This document shows positions 34,962-43,598 of a stretch of DNA of 64,000 nt, in pieces. The position numbers and the translations under genes were made by a program. This DNA comes from Candidatus Obscuribacterales bacterium. Lineage in GTDB: Bacteria > Cyanobacteriota > Vampirovibrionia > Obscuribacterales > Obscuribacteraceae. Each line of letters opens with the position of its first letter. The stretch's first letter is position 1. The notes beneath the pieces are model-generated. The model was not told the origin of the DNA. It searched no databases and worked only from the letters and a program-made list of their open reading frames with translations. The stretch spans positions 162,656 to 226,655 of the forward strand of contig JAKFVU010000080.1 of the NCBI GenBank assembly GCA_021732025.1. Direction: 5' to 3'.

Positions 34962-35966
34962 TTAAACACTTATGCGTGACTTTAGGGTAGCCTCTAGCTC
35001 ATCTGCAGAATCCATGCCGTTTCCCACAAGATAGCTACCGGCAGTAGTTTTGATCAATATTCCTTCTGGTAGCAGTGGATAAGGCTCGCTCACGGCTTTT
35101 ATATCAGCCCAGGCAAAGTTCTTCTCAAAAAACCAGGTGCGCACCACAAATTGCTCAGGTTTGATTTCTAGGCTGCAAGGCATTAAGGCGATGACATAAG
35201 CGCGCCAGAGCAGCACTGCAGAAATCACGATAGCAAAAGTGATGAGCAAACCGATATCGGCCGCCGTGTGTTGTCCTGATTGTTGCAGAGCCACAGTGAA
35301 GCACCAGACTACGCCTATGAAAATAAGGCTGAGAACAGCTTGGCCAATTTGAAAAACAAGTGAGACTGGATCTTGTTTAAAACTGCGGAAGGGATTAAGG
35401 CTGCTTGCACCTTTCGGCAAGTGTTCGCGAATGATTGCTACTAATTTCTCGCAGCGATCTAACCAGATCGGAAAGGAGATTTCGCCTCCTTCATACTCAG
35501 CGGTGTAGCGCACCACATTCCAATTTGACCTTCTAGTCAAACTCTTAAGAAGAGCAAAGCGACAAATGCGCTGCTTGAAGGCCGAATAGGTTGTTACAGC
35601 TTCTTTTTCGACTTTAACCTTGTAAGTAATAAGACCGTAGATTGGCAGGATAGAAACGGCCAGGAGGGCCAATGTGCAAAGAACAATTTTGCCAGTGATC
35701 GATATTGCCGCAAACTTTCCGAAAGCTACGAGAGCGAGAGGCAGCAAAATTAAGAGTAGAAGCACTGTGCATTCCGCTAAGACCCGCACAGCCACCATTG
35801 TCTTTAAGCGAAAATAGATTGGATATTTTACTTCCTCGACAGCATCGGCGCTGGCGCCCAACTTTTCGCCGGCAATATCAGCATGGCTGCGAGCGTGAAG
35901 GAAGTTGCTAAACACGCCTGACAACTTGTTTTTTATTTTGCTCTTGAAATCATCTTTGTCACTCAT
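34962..35966 (-). CDS. membrane protein with two soluble PH-like segments (tentative)
   Basis: 334 aa. Two clusters of TM helices, each followed by a roughly 70-aa soluble segment. Family not recognised. Confidence 0.5.
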   Translation of the reverse strand: MSDKDDFKSKIKNKLSGVFSNFLHARSHADIAGEKLGASADAVEEVKYPIYFRLKTMVAVRVLAECTVLLLLILLPLALVAFGKFAAISITGKIVLCTLALLAVSILPIYGLITYKVKVEKEAVTTYSAFKQRICRFALLKSLTRRSNWNVVRYTAEYEGGEISFPIWLDRCEKLVAIIREHLPKGASSLNPFRSFKQDPVSLVFQIGQAVLSLIFIGVVWCFTVALQQSGQHTAADIGLLITFAIVISAVLLWRAYVIALMPCSLEIKPEQFVVRTWFFEKNFAWADIKAVSEPYPLLPEGILIKTTAGSYLVGNGMDSADELEATLKSRISV

Positions 35967-36185
35967 ACCTGTGATTTTGCCAGAAGTTAGCGCACTTAGC
36001 GAGCTTTTATTGACGACGTCCTCGCAGCTAAAAAGTCTGAGCCTATTTAGCTTTACTTTTAATAACCTCGAAAGCGGCTTCTAGAGTTGAACCAGCCAGG
36101 TCAATGACACTAGGGTCTATGAGTCCTTTTTCTTCTCCTTTTAATTTCTCGAGCCTAACCTCAAAAACCTATCTAAGGGTCATAT

Positions 36186-37616
36186 ATGTCTAATAACACG
36201 AGCTCCACGCCGCAAACCATGCGCGTTGAACGAGACTCGATGGGAGAAATGTCGGTACCAACCAATGCCTATTGGGGTGCCAGCACTCAACGAGCCGTTC
36301 TCAACTTTCCTATCAGCAACCTGCGCTTTAGCCGTTCGATGATCAAAGCACTCGCTCTCATCAAAATGGCCGCAGCCCAGACCAATGCTGAAAATGGAGA
36401 CCTACCAAAAACTTTCGCCGATGCCATTGTCGTTGCCGCTCAAGAAGTAGCCGATGGTGCATTAGACGAACACTTCGTCGTCGATATCTTTCAAACTGGT
36501 TCAGGCACTTCGACCAATATGAACGCTAATGAGGTGATTGCTCGGCGTGCCGGTCAACATCTCAGCGTGGTCGAAAACAGTACTGCCAGCAAAATCCATC
36601 CCAACGATCACGTCAACATGGGTCAGTCGTCCAACGACGTCATTCCCACTGCCATCCATTTGGCTGCCCTCCTCGACATCAAAGAGCAGTTGCTGCCTGC
36701 TTTGCGAGAATTGTCGCGCTGTCTGGGCCGCAAGGCAAAGCAGTTCGACAAAGTAATCAAAACTGGTCGCACGCACCTGCAAGACGCAACGCCGATTACT
36801 CTCGGGCAAGAATTTCTCGGCTACAAAGGCCAAGTCGACAACGCCATCAAACGCTTGCGCTATGCCCAGAACAGGTTGTCGCAAGTTGCTCTCGGTGGCA
36901 CCGCCGTTGGTACTGGTATCAACACTAAAGCAGGCTTTGCCAAAGCAACTTTGAGTGCGCTTTCAACCTTGGCCGCAGTCAAGGTAAAGGAGACCAGCAA
37001 CCACTTTCAGGCGCAGAGCAGCATTGACGAAATTGTCGATTGCAGCGGCGTTCTCAAAACAATTGCCACCAGCCTCTACAAGATTGCCAACGATGTTCGC
37101 TGGATGGGTAGCGGGCCAAGGGCCGGTTTAGCCGAAGTTGTTTTGCCGGCGGTACAGCCTGGTAGCTCAATTATGCCTGGCAAAGTCAACCCGGTTATTT
37201 GCGAGTCGACCATGCAGGTCTGCTTCAAGGTAATTGGAAACGATGCCACTGTGACGTTGGCTAGCCAGGCCAGCTCATTTGAGCTCAACGTTGCCATGCC
37301 TGTTGCCGCCCATTGCCTGCTTGAATCGATCACGCTGCTTGCCGCAGCCAGTGCCAATTTCAGCAGCAATTGCCTGAAGGGACTTAAGGCAACGACCACT
37401 GGCCCTGATTTGGTCGAACGCGGTCTGGCTCTGTGCACGGCTCTGGCACCAGTGGTAGGCTACGATCTTGCCGCTGAGATTGCTAAAGAGGCAAGCAAAA
37501 CAGGCGAAACAATTTTGCTTGTGGCTCAGCGCAAGACCAGCCTTTCGCTGGAAGAACTGAGCCGTTTGCTTGACCCCTTTGCCATGACAAAGCCGGGGGC
37601 CAAAGGCTCTGACTGA
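36186..37616 (+). CDS. fumC: class II fumarate hydratase
   Basis: RVERDSMGEMSVP..YWGASTQRA, QTGSGTSTNMNANEV, HPNDHVNMGQSSNDV, GRTHLQDATPITLGQE, KIANDVRWMGSGPRAGL and GSSIMPGKVNP all parallel E. coli FumC more closely than AspA. Confidence 0.85.
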   Translation: MSNNTSSTPQTMRVERDSMGEMSVPTNAYWGASTQRAVLNFPISNLRFSRSMIKALALIKMAAAQTNAENGDLPKTFADAIVVAAQEVADGALDEHFVVDIFQTGSGTSTNMNANEVIARRAGQHLSVVENSTASKIHPNDHVNMGQSSNDVIPTAIHLAALLDIKEQLLPALRELSRCLGRKAKQFDKVIKTGRTHLQDATPITLGQEFLGYKGQVDNAIKRLRYAQNRLSQVALGGTAVGTGINTKAGFAKATLSALSTLAAVKVKETSNHFQAQSSIDEIVDCSGVLKTIATSLYKIANDVRWMGSGPRAGLAEVVLPAVQPGSSIMPGKVNPVICESTMQVCFKVIGNDATVTLASQASSFELNVAMPVAAHCLLESITLLAAASANFSSNCLKGLKATTTGPDLVERGLALCTALAPVVGYDLAAEIAKEASKTGETILLVAQRKTSLSLEELSRLLDPFAMTKPGAKGSD

Positions 37617-37630
37617 CAGCAATAACTTGA

Positions 37631-37668
37631 AAGAGGGAAGCAGCTAGTGCTGCTTCCCTCTTTTCTTT
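37631..37668 (+). terminator. Rho-independent terminator after fumC
   Basis: 14-bp perfect stem AAGAGGGAAGCAGC/GCTGCTTCCCTCTT, loop TAGT, followed by a T-rich tail. Confidence 0.9.
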
Positions 37669-37854
37669 GCTCGAAATAGATTTATGGTGTTTAGCGAAAA
37701 CCCGCAAAGCCATTGCCTTCGTGGCAATAATTCACTCTCACCCACCTTGAAATTTTTCATTTTCATCTTTCTACTACATTTTATGGTATAAAAGAAAAGC
37801 AGAATTGAAAAAAGCAGAATTGAGGCAGCCAGGACCAATTGTGCTTGCGGCCTA

Positions 37855-38349
37855 TCAAGCGCTGTTCTTGATTGCGCGCTGAAAACAGAGGTCGGCTTTG
37901 CGATAGTATCTCTTCTCGCTGTAAATCAAGGCCATGCGCTTAAACAGTGGCACTAGCTGTGGTGCCGATAATCCCGCTCTCTGCGAAACAATCTTCACTG
38001 CTTGTTTCAACAGAGGCAAGGCCCGCTCTGGAAAACTCTCCTGGCAATAACTATCCGCCAAACTACTGACACAGCTGACAAAGACTGCGCAGTCTAGATT
38101 ACTGCCTGTGGAATAAAGTCTAATGGCCTTGCGCAAAAGCTGCTGAGCTTCACCTCGCTGCCCTTGCTGTGGCAGCAGAGCAAGAGCCAGTCCGAAGGCG
38201 CTATTGGCCTCATGCAGGGGCTCCAAAGCTTGAGTGGATGCGACCGCCAAAGCCTCCCGAAACATGGTCTCAGCCGTGGCAGAATCGCCTGTACTTAGTG
38301 CCGTTTTTCCGACTTGAAAATAATTAGACCAGACAGCATTGGCAATCAT
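37855..38349 (-). CDS. small TPR-like protein
   Basis: 164 aa. Its helical-repeat pattern and N-terminus resemble those of ORF 1227..1802. Confidence 0.55.
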   Translation of the reverse strand: MIANAVWSNYFQVGKTALSTGDSATAETMFREALAVASTQALEPLHEANSAFGLALALLPQQGQRGEAQQLLRKAIRLYSTGSNLDCAVFVSCVSSLADSYCQESFPERALPLLKQAVKIVSQRAGLSAPQLVPLFKRMALIYSEKRYYRKADLCFQRAIKNSA

Positions 38350-38459
38350 CTCTATCTCCTTAACACTGTTCGAGTGTAAAAGGCACAGAAGAGAAAAGCC
38401 CTGTGCAATTGCACAGAGCTTTAGTAGTGCTGATTATCTCTGGCCAACCAGGGCGCTGC

Positions 38460-39122
38460 TTAGTAGTGCAGGTTACCCCAGACAGCTTCGAGCGAGGCCA
38501 TTTGCCGTGTCAAATATTGCTTTTCTCTTGAATTAGGTGAGCAATATGACTGCCAATACAAGCGCCAATAATTACCATAGGCTTTCTGTCTACCGGTGTT
38601 TGCTTCAATGTTCAAGACTTCTTCGCCCACAATAAAGGTGAAGGGCTTCATAGTGCAGACTCCACCCTCACATTCAGAGGTGCTTGAAAAATCCTCTCTA
38701 CGAGTACCGGGTCCACGTTCGACCCACACTTTGTCTAGCCTTGACCGAGTGAGGGGATGCAATTCATCTATACCAATAGTGAAGACGTCATCATCGCGGC
38801 GCAGGCCTTCTGGATGAAGCTCAAGAGTGCAGTCGTCGGGCAGAGCCTGCCTATGGCCAAGCACTTGGCCATCAGAGCCAGTCGCGACGATGTGTGCAGA
38901 GAAGGAAGTGAGCAAGCGGTCGAACAAGGCTTGGCGAATTTTCTTCCAGAGGCGCAGGGTCAAATCTAACTCGCCTGATTCAGCGGCATCCAGCGCATGG
39001 CACACTGTTTTTAAAGAATTTGCAACTTGGTGAAGGTCGTTGCTGCCTTCGCTCAAGGTCTGTCTATAAAACTCATAGGCTTGGTCTAGAGCTACTCGAT
39101 CTCTTCTATCTGCCTTTTCCAT
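38460..39122 (-). CDS. hypothetical protein
   Basis: 220 aa from the ATG at 39122 (MEKADRRDRV...). No motif recognised. Confidence 0.5.
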   Translation of the reverse strand: MEKADRRDRVALDQAYEFYRQTLSEGSNDLHQVANSLKTVCHALDAAESGELDLTLRLWKKIRQALFDRLLTSFSAHIVATGSDGQVLGHRQALPDDCTLELHPEGLRRDDDVFTIGIDELHPLTRSRLDKVWVERGPGTRREDFSSTSECEGGVCTMKPFTFIVGEEVLNIEANTGRQKAYGNYWRLYWQSYCSPNSREKQYLTRQMASLEAVWGNLHY

Positions 39123-39246
39123 AGCCACACCCCCGGTTCCCTTATGACTCCATTTGCATATATACCCGTTTCTAGCTATCTTCATCAGCAAAAATAATTT
39201 CGCCAGACTCTAGTGAAAATTCAAAGAAACCGGGTCAATTGGTCTC

Positions 39247-40143
39247 CTATTTTGCTCTCACATCAAGCATTTCCGACATATCATCAGCCAGTCCACGAAT
39301 TCCTCGGCTGAGAAATTGGCTATTAATCTCTCCTGCATCTTTGAGCTTTGCCGGAGGCTGAAAATAGCTGCTATCAGCGATCGTCTCTGGATGATTGGAT
39401 ATAGTTCTAATCGTCCAGGCCTGGTCCTCTCGCTGGTCCTCGCGCTTACCCACTCGCAACACACTGATCAATGAGATCGGCATGCCCTTAAGCACTGGTA
39501 AGTTCATGTAGCGTGAAACAATTGCACCAACAGGCGAAGAGTCAAAATAATCGCGCGCTGTGATGATGTAGCGCAACACATCACTCTTCTCTGTCCAGCC
39601 ACTCCAGCCGCTTGAAGTTAGCCCAGAGCCAGGGTAAAAATACTGATACTTTTTACCTTGAGCATCTGTTGTTACCACTGTTTTGCTAGGCAATTTAAAA
39701 TTTGCAGTGACTCCAGCCATGCGAAACGAAGGCATATAGAACTTTTTCCATTGGGCCAGACTCAAGTGAGCGACCTCTTTGGCATCAGCACGAACTGCAT
39801 AAACTTGCCAATCAGGTGCAGCGCTGAATAATTCGTATCCACCCTTAAAACTTTTCAGGCGCACACCCACAGCCGAAGCGACTACTTCAAACTTGCCGTC
39901 CACAGCCGATTCTTGAAGAAGCCGCACTGCCGCAATATTTTTTTGAGAAGGCTTAAGAGAAGTCTTTAGAGAAGTCTTCGCAGTCAAATTCGGCAATGGC
40001 TTTTGCTTTATTGTTCCTTCGGCAGAAACGCTAGAGGCTGTAACAAACTGGCTAACAACCAAACATCCTGACTGCAACAGAGCTGCCATCAAAAAAGGTT
40101 TCGGCTTAAGCAGTTGGGCAAAACTTGTCATCATACAAACCAA
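39247..40143 (-). CDS. secreted hypothetical protein, distant paralog of 53296..54069
   Basis: Signal-like N-terminus. It shares KF-V....G-R....L-S-APDW-V-A and later GxxxxRxxxxPxxxGxP blocks with ORF 53296..54069. Confidence 0.55.
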   Translation of the reverse strand: MVCMMTSFAQLLKPKPFLMAALLQSGCLVVSQFVTASSVSAEGTIKQKPLPNLTAKTSLKTSLKPSQKNIAAVRLLQESAVDGKFEVVASAVGVRLKSFKGGYELFSAAPDWQVYAVRADAKEVAHLSLAQWKKFYMPSFRMAGVTANFKLPSKTVVTTDAQGKKYQYFYPGSGLTSSGWSGWTEKSDVLRYIITARDYFDSSPVGAIVSRYMNLPVLKGMPISLISVLRVGKREDQREDQAWTIRTISNHPETIADSSYFQPPAKLKDAGEINSQFLSRGIRGLADDMSEMLDVRAK

Positions 40144-40315
40144 TGTGTGCCAATTACTTACCCTGAGCCACTTTCACTTTAACACTATATGCAGTAATAG
40201 TAAGAATAAGAAAGAAAACCATGAGAATCAGCTGTTAAGCCGATCCCCATGGTTCAAGTCAAATGACTAGTTTATGTTGTTGAGCTAGATCTCAGTCTAG
40301 TTCTTGTCTTAGACC

Positions 40316-41338
40316 TCAGTCGAGAAGACCGAGAGCCTGAGGCAGCGACACGCCGTCGACTTCGCCGAAGAAAGCGAAGCCAACAGCAAGGGCGATGCCA
40401 CCACCCCAGAGGATAGCCTTGAGCAGCGGATGCATCGGATTGTTCTTCCGATACTCACGCTCACGGCGCTTCACCGACTCAAAGAAGATCTGCTGCTCGC
40501 TCTTGCCGAAGTTGCGGGCAGCTTCTTCGTCCTTGACGGCCTGCTCAGCACGCTCGACTTCAGCGCGCTCAGCGGCACGGCGATGCAACTCAGCGATGAA
40601 GCTGTCGCAGCTCGCCGCAGCCTGAGCACTGATTTCATCCATGCGCGCATTGAACTCAGCGCCGGCCGCAGCATTGAACACCGCCATTTCCGAACGCAGC
40701 TGTTCGCGAGCAGCCTGACCGGCATCGCGGATCATGGCGCAGGCAGCCTGGAAGCGCGGATTGTCATCGATGAGACGATGGCACAGATGGTTCATGGCAT
40801 GGCCGCTGAGGTTCTCAGGAGTCATCTCAAACAGACTACGCTGCTTGAGAAAGTCGTAGAGCGAGTCCTCAGTCAGGCTGGCGATGATAGCCACCTGATC
40901 CTGGCGAGCCTCGACCAGCCGCTCACAGGTCGCCCGCACGATGAAGTCGGTCAACGCCTCAAAGTAAGGCTGCATCGCCAGACGCTCAGCGTCCACCGGC
41001 AGAGTGTGGTAGACGTAAGCAGCAGGGCGCGGAGCCTTGAGCTGGCGGATGAGGCGGCGGCGATAGACCACATCACCCAACTGAGCCGCATCAAAAGTGA
41101 TCTCCTTGGGCTTGAAAATCGACTTTTCACGCACGCTGAGAAGGTTGAACTTCTTCAGGTACTCGCGCAGCTTCGCCAGATAGCTCTCGTCCAGGCGAGC
41201 CTTGTTGAGCAAAGCGCCGTAGAGACGGTGGAAGACCGGAGCGAGGGCCTTCTCGATAGCAGCAATGGCAGTGACGTCGATCTCGTTGTTGCCGGAGTTG
41301 GTGTTGTTGGTGTTGGTGGCAGTGATGGTCGCGGTCAT
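40316..41338 (-). CDS. hypothetical protein with C-terminal TM anchor
   Basis: Starts at the ATG at 41338 (GAGGA 5 nt upstream); the ORF track extends to 41455. Asn/Thr-rich N-terminus, helical Ala/Arg/Glu-rich body, and a C-terminal hydrophobic helix (LLKAILWGGGIALAVGFAFF). C/G-ending codons. Confidence 0.55.
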   Translation of the reverse strand: MTATITATNTNNTNSGNNEIDVTAIAAIEKALAPVFHRLYGALLNKARLDESYLAKLREYLKKFNLLSVREKSIFKPKEITFDAAQLGDVVYRRRLIRQLKAPRPAAYVYHTLPVDAERLAMQPYFEALTDFIVRATCERLVEARQDQVAIIASLTEDSLYDFLKQRSLFEMTPENLSGHAMNHLCHRLIDDNPRFQAACAMIRDAGQAAREQLRSEMAVFNAAAGAEFNARMDEISAQAAASCDSFIAELHRRAAERAEVERAEQAVKDEEAARNFGKSEQQIFFESVKRREREYRKNNPMHPLLKAILWGGGIALAVGFAFFGEVDGVSLPQALGLLD

Positions 41339-41512
41339 GGGAATCCTCATGGGGTTCGCTGTTTCATTAGTTCTAGCCGTTCCAATGGCGGCTAGAGGAG
41401 AGGGCTGCAGTAAAGCAGTAGTGGTAGGAAATCCCGCAATGCACGAGGTAGGCACTGCGAGATTTAGTGGCGTGAGTAGTGTTGCGATTTACGAGAACTT
41501 GCCTGCCGGCAC

Positions 41513-42052
41513 TCAGTGCTCTTTGGGCCCTTGCTGGAAGGCATAGCGGTTGACCCAGGCAACAGCAACTGTCGAAACCACAATCACCAAGTGAACTGCT
41601 ATCAACTTGGCGAGATGGTCATAACTGGCATTGTCGGCCCGAACAAAAGCCTCAAGCAAGTGAATGCTTGAGACGCCCAACATCGACATGCTCATTTTGA
41701 CTTTCAGAGCACCTGGGTCGATGTGCCCCAGCCAAGCCAATTGTGGCAATCGACTCGGCTGATGCTGATCAGTATCACCGTCAGGCTTGCTGAAATCACC
41801 GATGAACAAGACATAGCCGCCAATCATGATCATGACGATCAAATGACTGACCATGACTATGTCGAGTAGGTGTAGCACGGAGATCAGAACCTCGGTGTTA
41901 CTGTATGAAACCGAGTGCCAAGCAAGCTCAGCTGTCTGCACGATGAAACGTACAGAATAGACGAGCAGAGCTATGCTCAGGCCTAGGTACATTGGCAGCA
42001 GCAGAAATCTGCCGCCAAAGACGATTTGTTCGAGAATTCGGTTTGCTTTCAT
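41513..42052 (-). CDS. yqhA: UPF0114/YqhA-family membrane protein
   Basis: Colinear with E. coli YqhA (RFLLLPMYLGLSIAL, LISVLHLLDIVMVSHLIVMIMIGGY, LKVKMSMSMLGVSSIHLL). The ATG at 42052 is preceded by AAGGGG. Confidence 0.75.
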   Translation of the reverse strand: MKANRILEQIVFGGRFLLLPMYLGLSIALLVYSVRFIVQTAELAWHSVSYSNTEVLISVLHLLDIVMVSHLIVMIMIGGYVLFIGDFSKPDGDTDQHQPSRLPQLAWLGHIDPGALKVKMSMSMLGVSSIHLLEAFVRADNASYDHLAKLIAVHLVIVVSTVAVAWVNRYAFQQGPKEH

Positions 42053-42063
42053 CCATTGCCCCT

Positions 42064-42540
42064 TTAGTGACAACCGATTGAATCGATAGCCTCTTCGATC
42101 TTCAACCAGGTGTCACGGTTAGCTTCTTTTATCGCCTCGTGCAAGACGAAATCAACGACCACCGGAGCAGTCAGTTCGTTGACCCAGAGCGTGCTGATAC
42201 ACCAGTAGATGTGATCAACAGTAAGCGTCTTCAAGACAACCTCATGGCTATCTTTGAAGTCACGACGCATCAGGCAGTAGAGGTTGTCTGATACGACGTC
42301 CACCACTTGCTGACGCAGGTTGTCGTCGGCAAGCAAGAGTGTGCGATCCAGTGACAAGGCCGTGCGCACATATGGAAACTTACTCCAAAGCACAGGCGTC
42401 ACCAAAGTGGCCAAGTCGAGCCGGCGCAGGTGCTTACTAAGACTTTCGAACGCTTCTGGGTGAGAAAGTCTCAAATCAAATAATTGAGTCACCAATTCTT
42501 TTACAGCAGAAGGAAATTTATGAGTGGCAAATTCGTTCAT
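42064..42540 (-). CDS. hypothetical protein
   Basis: 158-aa ORF whose stop lies 11 nt before the yqhA-like start. No motif recognised. Confidence 0.5.
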   Translation of the reverse strand: MNEFATHKFPSAVKELVTQLFDLRLSHPEAFESLSKHLRRLDLATLVTPVLWSKFPYVRTALSLDRTLLLADDNLRQQVVDVVSDNLYCLMRRDFKDSHEVVLKTLTVDHIYWCISTLWVNELTAPVVVDFVLHEAIKEANRDTWLKIEEAIDSIGCH

Positions 42541-42563
42541 TATTTAGGTCTCGAAAAATGAGG

Positions 42564-43598
42564 TTAGCGAGAGCAGCGCTTGGCTTGAATACGCTTGACG
42601 CGCTGCTCCAGATGGAATGCCACTGTGCAGTCAGCACCAGTAGCACGCTCTTTGAGCCAATCGGCAACATATGCCAAATCGTGCTCGATGCCGGGATAGT
42701 CAGGACCGCCAAAGCGACCTAAAAGCTCAAGAGCCCGGGCCCTCTTGCGCAGCTCATAAGCAAACTCGGGCCGACCGAACTTGCCATAGAAGTCTGCCAG
42801 AGCAGAGAGATCTCGCGACAAGAATGGGCTATCTGCACCCAGACCTTCTCGACCAATCACCACTGCCAGAACAAGTTGCGCGTGTCGCTGATGACGCTCT
42901 GCTGCGACTTGATTGCCCGCAAGCTTGGCGACAGATACGAGTTTCCCCAATGCGGTATAGAGCTCATCACTAGCGCTAGCACTGGCAATGAGGCTGAGAG
43001 TTGCACTGGCAGCCGAAGCCAGCGAAGAATCTAGCAGCAGTGCCAAGCGTTTCTCCAAGCTTGCAAGACTTTCTTCGTAGCGATGTTGCGACTCAAGAAT
43101 GGCAGCCTGACGTGCAAGGAGAGCAAGCCGCAGCTCTAATGTACCGCTATCTTTTTCGAGGATCTCAAGCGCTCGGCTCAAGCTATCAAGAGCTTGAACG
43201 GCTTTGCCGCTCTTATATTGAAGGTCGACCAGACTGATAAGCACATCAGCGTAGCGACGATCTTGCTCAGAAAAATTGTGCTTGGTCAAACGCAAGGCGT
43301 AGCTGTACCACTGCTCGGCCTCTGTATAGCGCATCTGTTTGGTCAACAGTTCGGCGAGGCCGACAACGTTGTGCACGCGGTAAAAAGAATCAGCACCATA
43401 GAGGTCACGATCTTTCTTTATAAATGAACGGAAGAAAAACTCGCGCCTCTCTTCGTCGCCCATATTTTTTGGATCTTTATAGGAGAAGGCCGACTTAAAA
43501 ACCGTGAAGACAACCGAGTCAGTCGGCTCATACCACGGATCACGCCACTTTTTATATAGTTCGATAACCACAAGAATTGCAATGCCATAAGAAGACAT
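42564..43598 (-). CDS. TPR-repeat protein with N-terminal hydrophobic helix
   Basis: ATG at 43598 (GGAG upstream). MSSYGIAILVVIELY is followed by several TPR-like helical pairs. Confidence 0.6.
   Translation of the reverse strand: MSSYGIAILVVIELYKKWRDPWYEPTDSVVFTVFKSAFSYKDPKNMGDEERREFFFRSFIKKDRDLYGADSFYRVHNVVGLAELLTKQMRYTEAEQWYSYALRLTKHNFSEQDRRYADVLISLVDLQYKSGKAVQALDSLSRALEILEKDSGTLELRLALLARQAAILESQHRYEESLASLEKRLALLLDSSLASAASATLSLIASASASDELYTALGKLVSVAKLAGNQVAAERHQRHAQLVLAVVIGREGLGADSPFLSRDLSALADFYGKFGRPEFAYELRKRARALELLGRFGGPDYPGIEHDLAYVADWLKERATGADCTVAFHLEQRVKRIQAKRCSR

Noticed and set aside
36186-37616. Alternative call as aspartate ammonia-lyase (aspA)
   Set aside because: The VCFKVIGND segment resembles AspA. 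Most diagnostic blocks match FumC better, including DSMG..VP...WGA.TQR, QTGSGT..NMN.NEV, GQSSNDV.PTA, GRTHLQDATP.TLGQE and KIANDVRW..SGPR.
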